A stretch of DNA of 51,741 nucleotides from an uncultured Candidatus Saccharibacteria bacterium (lineage in GTDB: Bacteria > Patescibacteriota > Minisyncoccia > Phycocordibacterales > UBA9973). Below the pieces are notes generated by a model that worked only from the letters and a program-made list of their open reading frames with translations, had not been told where the DNA came from and ran no database searches. Each line of letters opens with the position of its first letter. The first letter of the stretch is position 1. The stretch spans positions 1-51,741 of the forward strand of contig CAZKJE010000003.1 in assembly GCA_964553015.1 (NCBI GenBank), written 5' to 3'. This document shows, piece after piece, positions 18,170-25,746 of this stretch. The position numbers and the translations under genes were made by a program.

Positions 18170-18198
18170 TTGACTATTTTGAGTAAAAAGAGTACTAT
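18170..18198 (+). promoter_or_regulatory. Promoter of the secE-nusG-rplK unit
   Basis: TTGACT-17 nt-TACTAT. Confidence 0.55.
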
Positions 18199-18204
18199 TA
18201 AAAG

Positions 18205-18225
18205 AGCCCTGCGAGGGGCTTTTTT
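18205..18225 (+). promoter_or_regulatory. Hairpin plus U-tract at the predicted +1 of the secE transcript
   Basis: AGCCCT-gcg-AGGGGCT followed by TTTTT, starting about 7 nt after the -10. Confidence 0.45.
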
Positions 18226-18253
18226 AAGAGGTTAAAAAGTTCATATAAAAATT

Positions 18254-18439
18254 ATGTCAAAAATCACCGAATATTTTAGAGAAACAAAAACAGAATTAAA
18301 ACACGTGCTTTGGCCGACCAGAAGTCAGACCTTGTACTACACTCTTTTAGTTATATTACTGTCTGTAATTATTGCATACTATTTGGGTATTTTTGATTTC
18401 ATTTTCTCAAGAGGACTGGAAATGATAATCGGTTTTTAA
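18254..18439 (+). CDS. secE: Preprotein translocase subunit SecE
   Basis: 61 aa with ETKTELKHVLWPTR followed by a single TM helix, upstream of nusG. Confidence 0.85.
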   Translation: MSKITEYFRETKTELKHVLWPTRSQTLYYTLLVILLSVIIAYYLGIFDFIFSRGLEMIIGF

Positions 18440-18457
18440 ATTTTCTATATAATAATT

Positions 18458-19003
18458 ATGTCAAAACAGGAAACACAAGGAGTTAGAAATTGGTATGCGA
18501 TCCACACCTATGCGGGATATGAAAATGTGGTTCTTCGCAATTTGCGCCAGCGCATAGATTCCCTCGGCATGAACGATAAGATTTTTAATGTCATTGTTCC
18601 GGTTGAAAAGAAAATAAAAATCAAAGGCGGAAAAAGGGTAGAAGTGGAAGAAAAAATTTATCCGGGGTATGTACTCGTAGACATGATCGTTACAGACGAT
18701 TCCTGGTATGTAGTCAGAAATACTCCGAGGGTTACTGGTTTCGTCGGCGCGGGGGTAAATCCGGTTCCTCTCCGGAAGGACGAAGTGGATTATTTATTCA
18801 AGAAAATGGATGCCGGCACCGCCAAGCACAATATCGACATGGCAATCGGCGAGACCGTTCTCATCACCGATGGTCCTTTCAAAGATTTGGAAGGCAAAGT
18901 AAATTCGGTGGATCAAGACAGAGGCAAAGTCAAAGTGCTTGTTTCAATGTTCGGACGCGAAACTCCCGTCGAACTCGATTTCTTGCAAATCAAGAAAATT
19001 TAA
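18458..19003 (+). CDS. nusG: Transcription termination/antitermination factor NusG
   Basis: WYAIHTYAGYENVV NGN start and a KOW region GETVLITDGPFKDLEGKV. Confidence 0.9.
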   Translation: MSKQETQGVRNWYAIHTYAGYENVVLRNLRQRIDSLGMNDKIFNVIVPVEKKIKIKGGKRVEVEEKIYPGYVLVDMIVTDDSWYVVRNTPRVTGFVGAGVNPVPLRKDEVDYLFKKMDAGTAKHNIDMAIGETVLITDGPFKDLEGKVNSVDQDRGKVKVLVSMFGRETPVELDFLQIKKI

Positions 19004-19021
19004 GCTAGTCTATATACTTGT

Positions 19022-19444
19022 ATGGCAAAGAAAATAACCAAAAAAATAAAGTTACAAATACAGGCTGCAAAAGCTACTCCAGCTCCGCCGCTCGGACCTG
19101 CCCTCGGACAGGCCGGGATTAACATCGGAGACTTTGTTACGAAGTTTAACGCCGCAACTGCTAAAATGGCTGGCGACAAAGTTGGAGTTTCTATTACTGT
19201 ATATGAAGACAGGACGTATGATTTCGTAGTCAAAACTCCTCCGGTCACAGGGCTTATCTTAAAAGCAGCCGGCGTAGAAAAAGGCTCCGGCAAGAATGCT
19301 TCCACTAAAGTAGGCAAGATCACTCGCGCCCAGGCTTTGGAAATAGCTCAGAAAAAGCTCGCTGACTTAAACGCAAAAGACGACGAAGGTGCGATAAATA
19401 TTGTTGCCGGTTCTGCTCGCTCTATGGGTATAGAGGTGAAATAG
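19022..19444 (+). CDS. rplK: 50S ribosomal protein L11
   Basis: [26 protein letters not shown] motif. Confidence 0.95.
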   Translation: MAKKITKKIKLQIQAAKATPAPPLGPALGQAGINIGDFVTKFNAATAKMAGDKVGVSITVYEDRTYDFVVKTPPVTGLILKAAGVEKGSGKNASTKVGKITRAQALEIAQKKLADLNAKDDEGAINIVAGSARSMGIEVK

Positions 19445-19457
19445 TTCACTTAAAACT

Positions 19458-20171
19458 TTGAATATCAAGGTTCTAAAAACTAAAATTTTCCAGGAAGGCG
19501 AAGATCTAATAAGCTTCTTGTTTTCTTATTTTAAAAAAATTCCGGAAAATTCCGTTGTTGTTATAACTTCTAAAATTGTAGCTCTTTCTCAAAAAAGAGT
19601 TGTTGCCATAAATCCTAAAATTTCTTACGAAGAATTTCGGGGCAATTTAATTAAAAAGGAAAGTGATTTTTCGATAAAAACAAAATCATCATGGCTGACT
19701 ATCAAAGACGGCATAACTATGTCTTCTGCGGGCATAGATGAATCCAATGCGAATGGGAGAATAATACTTCTTCCTAAAAACAGTTTTAAAGCAGCAGAAA
19801 AAATTCGTCAGGCCCTAAAGAAAAAATATAAACTAAAAAATATAGGAGTATTAATTACTGACAGCCGGCGTTTTCCGCTCCGGCGGGGAATTTTTGGTGT
19901 TGCCGTAGGGTATGCAGGTTTCAAGGGAATTATAGATTATCGCGGAGCGCCCGATATTTTCGGCAGGCTTTTAAAATTTGCAGAAGCAAATGCGGCGGAT
20001 AGTCTGGCTAGCGCCGCAATTCTTTGCATGGGAGAGGGTAACGAGAAAAAACCTTTAGCCATTATACAAAAAGCGCCCGTAGTGTTTGCCGATAAAATAA
20101 ACAAAAAAGAACTGATTATAAACTGGAAAGAAGACTTGTATCTGCCTCTTTTCAGGAGTATATTAAAGTAG
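19458..20171 (+). CDS. CofE-like (F420-0:gamma-glutamyl ligase family) protein; TTG start
   Basis: ITSKIV..SAGIDESNA..VLITDSR..GVAVGYAGF..DYRG..D.FGR pattern typical of the CofE fold. Confidence 0.65.
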   Translation: MNIKVLKTKIFQEGEDLISFLFSYFKKIPENSVVVITSKIVALSQKRVVAINPKISYEEFRGNLIKKESDFSIKTKSSWLTIKDGITMSSAGIDESNANGRIILLPKNSFKAAEKIRQALKKKYKLKNIGVLITDSRRFPLRRGIFGVAVGYAGFKGIIDYRGAPDIFGRLLKFAEANAADSLASAAILCMGEGNEKKPLAIIQKAPVVFADKINKKELIINWKEDLYLPLFRSILK

Positions 20172-20695
20172 TGAAAAAGCCGCCAAAAAACACACTTCCA
20201 AAATCTGCGGTAGATGTGTGGGTCAGGCCCTCTTGGGATGAATATTTTTTAGGCATGGCAAACTACGTCGGCGGCAGGGCGACTTGCGACAGGGGCAGGA
20301 GCGGCTGCGTGATTGTTCGCGACAAAAGAGTTATTTCTACCGGCTATGTCGGCTCTCCGCCGGGGCTACCGCATTGCGACGACGTCGGACATGAAATGCA
20401 CAAAGTAACAAATGAAGATGGCAGCGAATCCATGCACTGCGTCCGGACAGCTCATGCCGAAGAGAATGCAATCGCCCAAGCGGCGCGGTTTGGGGTAAAA
20501 GTTGACGGTGCTACTATTTATTCCAGAATGGTGCCTTGTTTTGTGTGCTCAAAATTATGCATTACAGCCGGAATAAAAAGAATAGTGGCTGAAAAAGATT
20601 ACCATACGTCAAAACGCAGTAAAGAAATCCTAAAAAAAGCAGGAATACAACTGGACATTATAAACGAAGAAGTTGAAACTTATAAGAATATGTAA
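20171..20695 (+). CDS. dCMP deaminase (ComEB family)
   Basis: HAEENAI zinc motif and PCFVCSKL motif. GTG start overlaps the previous stop. Confidence 0.85.
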   Translation: MKKPPKNTLPKSAVDVWVRPSWDEYFLGMANYVGGRATCDRGRSGCVIVRDKRVISTGYVGSPPGLPHCDDVGHEMHKVTNEDGSESMHCVRTAHAEENAIAQAARFGVKVDGATIYSRMVPCFVCSKLCITAGIKRIVAEKDYHTSKRSKEILKKAGIQLDIINEEVETYKNM

Positions 20696-20696
20696 T

Positions 20697-21026
20697 ATGG
20701 TAGACCTCAAAACACTCCAAAAAGAAGTTATAAAAAATAAAATAGAGAAAGGCTTTAATATGACGGACGCCGCGCTTGAATTCTGCCGCGCGCACGAAGA
20801 ACTTTCGGAAGCATTTTCAAAATATAACAAGGGGCAGAACGGCGTCGCGGAAGAATTTGCCGATGTTATGATATTTATTCTCGGCATGTGCGAGACTATG
20901 GGCTTTGATCTCGAAAAAGAACTGATCAGGAAAATAGAAATAAACAAAAAGAGGATTTACAAAAAAGAAAAATCTCCGGACGGGAAGGATGTCTTTATCC
21001 GTGTCCGAACAGACGAGGATCCTTAA
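20697..21026 (+). CDS. MazG-like nucleotide pyrophosphohydrolase (small all-alpha NTP-PPase)
   Basis: EELSEAF...EEFADVMIFILGMC...EKELIRKIEINKKR pattern. The start is set at ATG 20697, just after the previous stop. Confidence 0.7.
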   Translation: MVDLKTLQKEVIKNKIEKGFNMTDAALEFCRAHEELSEAFSKYNKGQNGVAEEFADVMIFILGMCETMGFDLEKELIRKIEINKKRIYKKEKSPDGKDVFIRVRTDEDP

Positions 21027-21029
21027 AGT

Positions 21030-21548
21030 TTAACTAAACTTTTCGTAGACTGAAAAAGTATATGGCAGGGGATTTTTATCGTCAGCTTCGTGTTCTTCGT
21101 GCGAGATCTCATTCCAGGCTATCGGAATAATTTCGGGAAAGAATGCATCGGCAGAGTCATCTTCCGCTTTTATGTGAGTTATATAAAGCCTGTCGGCGAT
21201 CGGCATGGTTTGCTTATAAAGCTCTGCTCCGCCTATAATAAAAATTTCTTCGTTTTGATCTGGGAACAAATCCAGTGCTCCCGCCAAAGAATGCACGACT
21301 TCTACCCCCTCTTTTTTATAATTTACGTCGCGGGTGATGACTACGTTTCTTCTATTTGGCAGGGGTTTCCCAATAGGCTCGCCCGTAGGGCTACGCCCGA
21401 GGGATTCAAAAGTTTTTCGGCCCATTACCACAGCATGCGCCGAAGTAGTTTTAATAAAATGTTTCATGTCGGCAGGCATGCTCCAAAGCAGGGTGTTGCC
21501 TTTGCCTAATTCGTTATTTTTTCCTATAGCGGCTATGAGTGAAATCAT
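21030..21548 (-). CDS. folA: Dihydrofolate reductase
   Basis: ISLIAAIGKNNELGKGNTLLW..MGRKTFESLG..IIGGAELY motifs. Confidence 0.9.
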   Translation of the reverse strand: MISLIAAIGKNNELGKGNTLLWSMPADMKHFIKTTSAHAVVMGRKTFESLGRSPTGEPIGKPLPNRRNVVITRDVNYKKEGVEVVHSLAGALDLFPDQNEEIFIIGGAELYKQTMPIADRLYITHIKAEDDSADAFFPEIIPIAWNEISHEEHEADDKNPLPYTFSVYEKFS

Positions 21549-21556
21549 AAATATTT

Positions 21557-22537
21557 CTATACTGCTATGGGTGCCTTAATAGAATCGTGGGGATTATAAT
21601 CAAGTAATTCAAAGTCTTCAATTGTAAAATCTTCGATCTTTTTTTTATTTGGATTTATTTTCATTTTTGGCATCGGGCGAATATCATTTCGGCGGGAAAG
21701 TTGCAGCTCGGCCTGCTCCATATGATTTGAATATAAATGTACGTCGCCTCCTGTCCAGACGAATTCTCCGGCTTCCAGTCCGCAAATCTGCGCGATGATC
21801 ATGGTGAATAGAGCATATGATGCAATGTTGAACGGAACTCCGAGAAATGTATCACACGATCTCTGATAAAGCTGGCAGGAAAGCTTGCCGTCTACGACAT
21901 AAAACTGAAAAAAACAATGGCAAGGGGGAAGCCCCGCTTTTGCCATTTCTTCCAAATCAGCTACATTCCAAGCCGAGACTATGAGCCGACGCGAGTCCGG
22001 AGTTTTTTTAATTTCTTCTATAACATTCTTTAATTGGTCAATGTGATACTTGTGAGCGGGCTTGGAGCTCGTTGCCTCGGCGTAGGCGGGCCAGCTCCTC
22101 CACTGGTATCCATATATTGGTCCCAAATTTCCATAATCTTTTGCAAAAACCTCATCCGTTTTTATTTTCTCAATAAATTCTTTAATGCCCGCATTCCATT
22201 CTTCGGAGCCTGTTTTCGGTACTGGAATTTTATTTCGGATCAAATAAGCTTTGTAAGGCCATTCGTCCCAGATGTGCACATTGTTATCTGCAAGATATTT
22301 TAAATTTGTGTCTCCGCGCATAAACCACAAAAGTTCATGAATTATGGATTTTATTGGAACCTTTTTGGTCGTAAGGAGAGGGAAGCCGTCGGCCAGATTG
22401 AATCGCATCTGATAGCCGAGCAGGCTCTTTGTGCCCGTGCCTGTGCGGTCAGTCTTTACCGCGCCATTTTTCATGATGTGTTCCAGAAGATCTAAATATG
22501 ATTCGTCTACATGTTTGCCTGTTAGTTTATTTTCCAT
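21557..22537 (-). CDS. thyA: Thymidylate synthase ThyA (long form with a small-domain insertion)
   Basis: DRTGTGT, IHELLWF, catalytic LPPCH, and [17 protein letters not shown] motifs. The start is set at MENKL (22537). Confidence 0.9.
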   Translation of the reverse strand: MENKLTGKHVDESYLDLLEHIMKNGAVKTDRTGTGTKSLLGYQMRFNLADGFPLLTTKKVPIKSIIHELLWFMRGDTNLKYLADNNVHIWDEWPYKAYLIRNKIPVPKTGSEEWNAGIKEFIEKIKTDEVFAKDYGNLGPIYGYQWRSWPAYAEATSSKPAHKYHIDQLKNVIEEIKKTPDSRRLIVSAWNVADLEEMAKAGLPPCHCFFQFYVVDGKLSCQLYQRSCDTFLGVPFNIASYALFTMIIAQICGLEAGEFVWTGGDVHLYSNHMEQAELQLSRRNDIRPMPKMKINPNKKKIEDFTIEDFELLDYNPHDSIKAPIAV

Positions 22538-22573
22538 GCTTCCAGTATAACTTTTTCCAAGACCAATAAAACA

Positions 22574-22602
22574 TTGACAATTTAATACCAAAATGCTATA
22601 CT
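22574..22602 (+). promoter_or_regulatory. Promoter of the DEAD-box helicase gene
   Basis: TTGACA-17 nt-TATACT with an extended -10 TGC. A leader of about 45 nt carries GGGAGTGA before the ATG. Confidence 0.6.
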
Positions 22603-22654
22603 TTATGTATCATTCTCTCGCTGCATTCTTTTTGCATATTGGGAGTGACCCATT

Positions 22655-23899
22655 ATGTATAAACCACATTCGGCAAATCCGAGTAGATTCGGACGTCGCC
22701 CGTCTTCTTTTAAGGGAAGACCGCCAAGAAAAAATTTCAGCCAGAAAAAGAATAATATGAGATCTCGCGGCCAAAGAGGCGAGCGCATAGACTTTTCTCG
22801 TTTCATAAAAAAAGGAGTATATGTGGAAGAAAAACCATATATTTCTAAACATACTTTCGCAGATTTTCCTTTTAACGAACAAGTTCAGACAAATATTTTA
22901 CGATCGGGATATATGCACCCGAGACCGATTCAGGATCAGGCAATTCCCGTGGTTCTTTCCGGCAAAGATATTTTCGGAATGGCCAATACAGGTACCGGGA
23001 AGACCGCGGCGTTTCTTTTACCGCTCATAGAAAAGATCGCAAAAACCAAAGGACAAAAGAAAAGAGAAACAGTACTCATCATGGCGCCGACTCGCGAGCT
23101 TGCGCTCCAAATAGAAAGCGATTTTAAAAATCTGGCTTTCGGGCTCGGCATGTTCTCTGTCGCCTGCGTCGGCGGGCTGCCGATTAGTAAGCAGATCCGC
23201 GAAATCAAAATGGGTGTGTCATTTGTAATTGGTACGCCTGGCAGGTTGCGAGATTTAATTAATCAAAAAGTTTTAGATTTGTCTGCATGCCACAGCGTGG
23301 TGCTAGACGAGGCCGACAGGATGCTCGATATGGGCTTCCGCGACGACATGCTTTACATAATTGGCAAAACCCCAAAAGAGGACAGGCAGACCCTTTTCTT
23401 CTCCGCTACGCTGTCTCCCGATATTAAAAAATTAACCGAACAATACCTAATAGATCCTATTTTTATTTCGGTGGTTTCTGGAGAAACAGCAAAAAATATA
23501 GATCAGGATGTTGTGCGCTACAGAGGCAAAGATGAGCAATTAGAAAAACTACATGAAGTTTTGAAGCAAGATGGCTCAGATAAAGTTTTAATTTTCCGTG
23601 AGATGAAACATGCGACCGATACGCTTGCGAAAGAGCTCTCTCGTGCCGGATTTAAAGTCGGCGCTATTCACGGCGACAAAAGAAGTCGAGAGCGCATCCG
23701 TATTTTGGATTCATTTAAAAAAGATCAGATAAATATTTTAATAGCGACAGACGTCGCTGCGAGGGGGCTGGATATTCCAGACGTCACGCACGTCATAAAC
23801 TTCGATGTGCCGCAGACCTACGATACATACGTGCATCGCATAGGCCGCACCGGCCGCAGTGGCAAAAAGGGTACCGCACTGACTTTTGTGCCACAGTAA
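22655..23899 (+). CDS. DEAD-box ATP-dependent RNA helicase with a basic N-terminal tail
   Basis: Q-motif, TGTGKTAAF, VLDEADRMLDMGF, SAT and HRIGRTGR motifs. Confidence 0.95.
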   Translation: MYKPHSANPSRFGRRPSSFKGRPPRKNFSQKKNNMRSRGQRGERIDFSRFIKKGVYVEEKPYISKHTFADFPFNEQVQTNILRSGYMHPRPIQDQAIPVVLSGKDIFGMANTGTGKTAAFLLPLIEKIAKTKGQKKRETVLIMAPTRELALQIESDFKNLAFGLGMFSVACVGGLPISKQIREIKMGVSFVIGTPGRLRDLINQKVLDLSACHSVVLDEADRMLDMGFRDDMLYIIGKTPKEDRQTLFFSATLSPDIKKLTEQYLIDPIFISVVSGETAKNIDQDVVRYRGKDEQLEKLHEVLKQDGSDKVLIFREMKHATDTLAKELSRAGFKVGAIHGDKRSRERIRILDSFKKDQINILIATDVAARGLDIPDVTHVINFDVPQTYDTYVHRIGRTGRSGKKGTALTFVPQ

Positions 23900-23944
23900 A
23901 TATTGTTTCTATCGAACGCTAGGAATTGCTGGTATACTTAATCA

Positions 23945-24403
23945 ATGCAAAATTTTAGAGTAAATCGAGCCTATAGAAGTAGTCTTTATTTTCTATTATT
24001 AACTCTAATATCCATAGGAGCAATTTTCTTATCTGATAATTTACGTTTGTATGTATTTACTGCTGTATTTGTATTTTCAGTTCCGGTATTATTCCTTATA
24101 GCTTTTTTACTGAGAGTTGCTTCTTTGGATCCATCAAAACGTTGGATAGATATTATTTTTATTTTTGTGGGAGCAATCCTACACTTTTTTATAAGTATAA
24201 TGTCGCATACTTGCCCTACATACGTAGTATTAAATGGTCAAACATATCCTTCTCTTCAATGGACTCCGGTGTCACTTATTGATATTTGTTCTCCGTATAA
24301 TATTTTTAGAGGAATTCAAATAATGGTATGGATATTTGTTTTTATTTCTGTAATCTTAGCCTTAAGATTTTTAATATTAGACCTTAAAAAAGGAAGAAAA
24401 TAA
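23945..24403 (+). CDS. Hypothetical polytopic membrane protein, very AT-rich
   Basis: 152-aa ORF with 4-5 hydrophobic helices. A sample line is 15/60 GC. The layout looks leaderless: TGGTATACT-N6-ATG. Confidence 0.55.
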   Translation: MQNFRVNRAYRSSLYFLLLTLISIGAIFLSDNLRLYVFTAVFVFSVPVLFLIAFLLRVASLDPSKRWIDIIFIFVGAILHFFISIMSHTCPTYVVLNGQTYPSLQWTPVSLIDICSPYNIFRGIQIMVWIFVFISVILALRFLILDLKKGRK

Positions 24404-24472
24404 AGCCAGTAGTTAATTAAAAAGATTTTACCCTATAGTTTAACGGCCGTCTAAATATGGTATACTATACCC

Positions 24473-24958
24473 ATGCATAAACATTGGGAAGACGAAGCAT
24501 CTTTTAGTGATTTTATTATTAGTCATTTGCTCTCTTGCCGTTCTATTCGAATCCAAAAGAAAATTCTTTACGGGTTAGTACAAAAAAGACGAATGCTGAG
24601 TAAACAGCTTTTTAACAACAACTTGTATCGACTTAAACAAAAAGGTGTTCTTGATTTTGATTCAGAAAAAAATATTATCATTAACAAAAAGAGCTTGCAA
24701 CATCATGTCCTATTTTCAAGGATAAAGTCACTTCCACTAGGTGATACAAAGATTATGGTCTTATTTGATATACCTGAAATGAAAAGGAAGACCAGAAACT
24801 GGCTTCGTATGCAGCTGAAATTATGGGATTTTAAAATGTTACAGCAGAGTGTCTGGTTGGGGAGAGGTCCTTTACCACAAGAATTTATAGATAGGCTTCG
24901 TTCACTTGGTATTCATGAATGTATAAAAATATTTAAAATTCAAAATATAAAAACGTAA
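24473..24958 (+). CDS. wHTH plus Cas2-like (PaaX-type) domain protein, orphan
   Basis: The C-terminal half, KIMVLFDIPEMKRKTRNWLRMQLKLWDFKMLQQSVWLG, resembles the Cas2/PaaX ferredoxin-like core. The N-terminal half looks winged-helix-like. No cas genes or array lie nearby. Confidence 0.5.
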   Translation: MHKHWEDEASFSDFIISHLLSCRSIRIQKKILYGLVQKRRMLSKQLFNNNLYRLKQKGVLDFDSEKNIIINKKSLQHHVLFSRIKSLPLGDTKIMVLFDIPEMKRKTRNWLRMQLKLWDFKMLQQSVWLGRGPLPQEFIDRLRSLGIHECIKIFKIQNIKT

Positions 24959-25032
24959 AAATATACATCATTTTTGAACGGCCGTCTAAAAGTGATGTTT
25001 TGGTTAAATCTTTTAAGAATTGAGTATTTTAA

Positions 25033-25080
25033 TATAAAAATGAAGAAGTCCCGAGAGACCTCTTCGGTACTACGGGACTT
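25033..25080 (-). terminator. Intrinsic terminator, apparently bidirectional
   Basis: AAGTCCCG-N19-CGGGACTT, with CTTCATTTTTAT on the minus strand and GTTTTACTTC on the plus strand. Confidence 0.6.
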
Positions 25081-25104
25081 GTTTTACTTCTTACTTCACT
25101 CCCG

Positions 25105-25308
25105 CTATGCCAGCCTTTTCCTCGCGCGCTGACGCATAAGAACGAACCTGAGACCACGAGGCGTTAGCTGTCGCAAATCCTCGATGAGGTCTGCGACGGA
25201 GAAACCTTCTCCTGCACCCCAGATGTCTTTTTTTTCCAGATTCGGCATTTTGATGAACTCCTCAATGAGTTCATCAGCTACTTCTCTGTCGGAACGTGGT
25301 TCGGTCAT
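25105..25308 (-). CDS. Small GC-rich hypothetical protein (67 aa; acidic N-terminus, basic C-terminus)
   Basis: SD GAGGAGGT lies 7 nt before the ATG. It has its own TTGACA-16-TATAAA promoter (about 25330-25357) and terminator. A sample line is 34/60 GC. Confidence 0.55.
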   Translation of the reverse strand: MTEPRSDREVADELIEEFIKMPNLEKKDIWGAGEGFSVADLIEDLRQLTPRGLRFVLMRQRARKRLA

Positions 25309-25395
25309 TACTGTTACCTCCTCTCTGTTTATTTATATATTTTAATGAAAAAATGTCAAGCTAATCGTAATAAAAAATCCCCTTATTGGGATTTT

Positions 25396-25647
25396 TTAAC
25401 GAGCTTGGATTAGTCCGGCTTTTAGGAGAGTGGCGTAAGTGCCGCGTTTCTTCATGGTGCGCATGCCACGAGCAGAGATTTCTAAATTGATAGATTTGTT
25501 GAGTTCAGGAATAAAAAGCTTCTTTTTCTGAAGGTTAGGGTACTTTCGCTTCTTGCCGGTCGGGTTGAATTTAGTCGCACGAGTCCTGTTTGAGTACCCG
25601 CCGCCTATGATTGAGCCCTTATTTGTGATCGCACAGATTTTTTTCAT
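25396..25647 (-). CDS. rpmB: 50S ribosomal protein L28
   Basis: MKKICAITNKGSIIGGGYSNRTRATKF..N pattern. The start is set at the internal ATG 25647. Confidence 0.85.
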   Translation of the reverse strand: MKKICAITNKGSIIGGGYSNRTRATKFNPTGKKRKYPNLQKKKLFIPELNKSINLEISARGMRTMKKRGTYATLLKAGLIQAR

Positions 25648-25746
25648 CCCATTAAAAAATTTAAATAATAAACTTACTATTTTTCTACAAGTCCGCTGAT
25701 TTTCTAACGGGACAGGTAGCGAGTTGTATGCTATCATAGAATTCAC

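Noticed and set aside
24473-24958. A CRISPR-Cas locus, suggested by the Cas2-like protein
   Set aside because: The window has no repeat-spacer array and no cas1 or effector genes. The protein has an N-terminal wHTH, like PaaX-type regulators, so it is treated as an orphan regulator-like gene.
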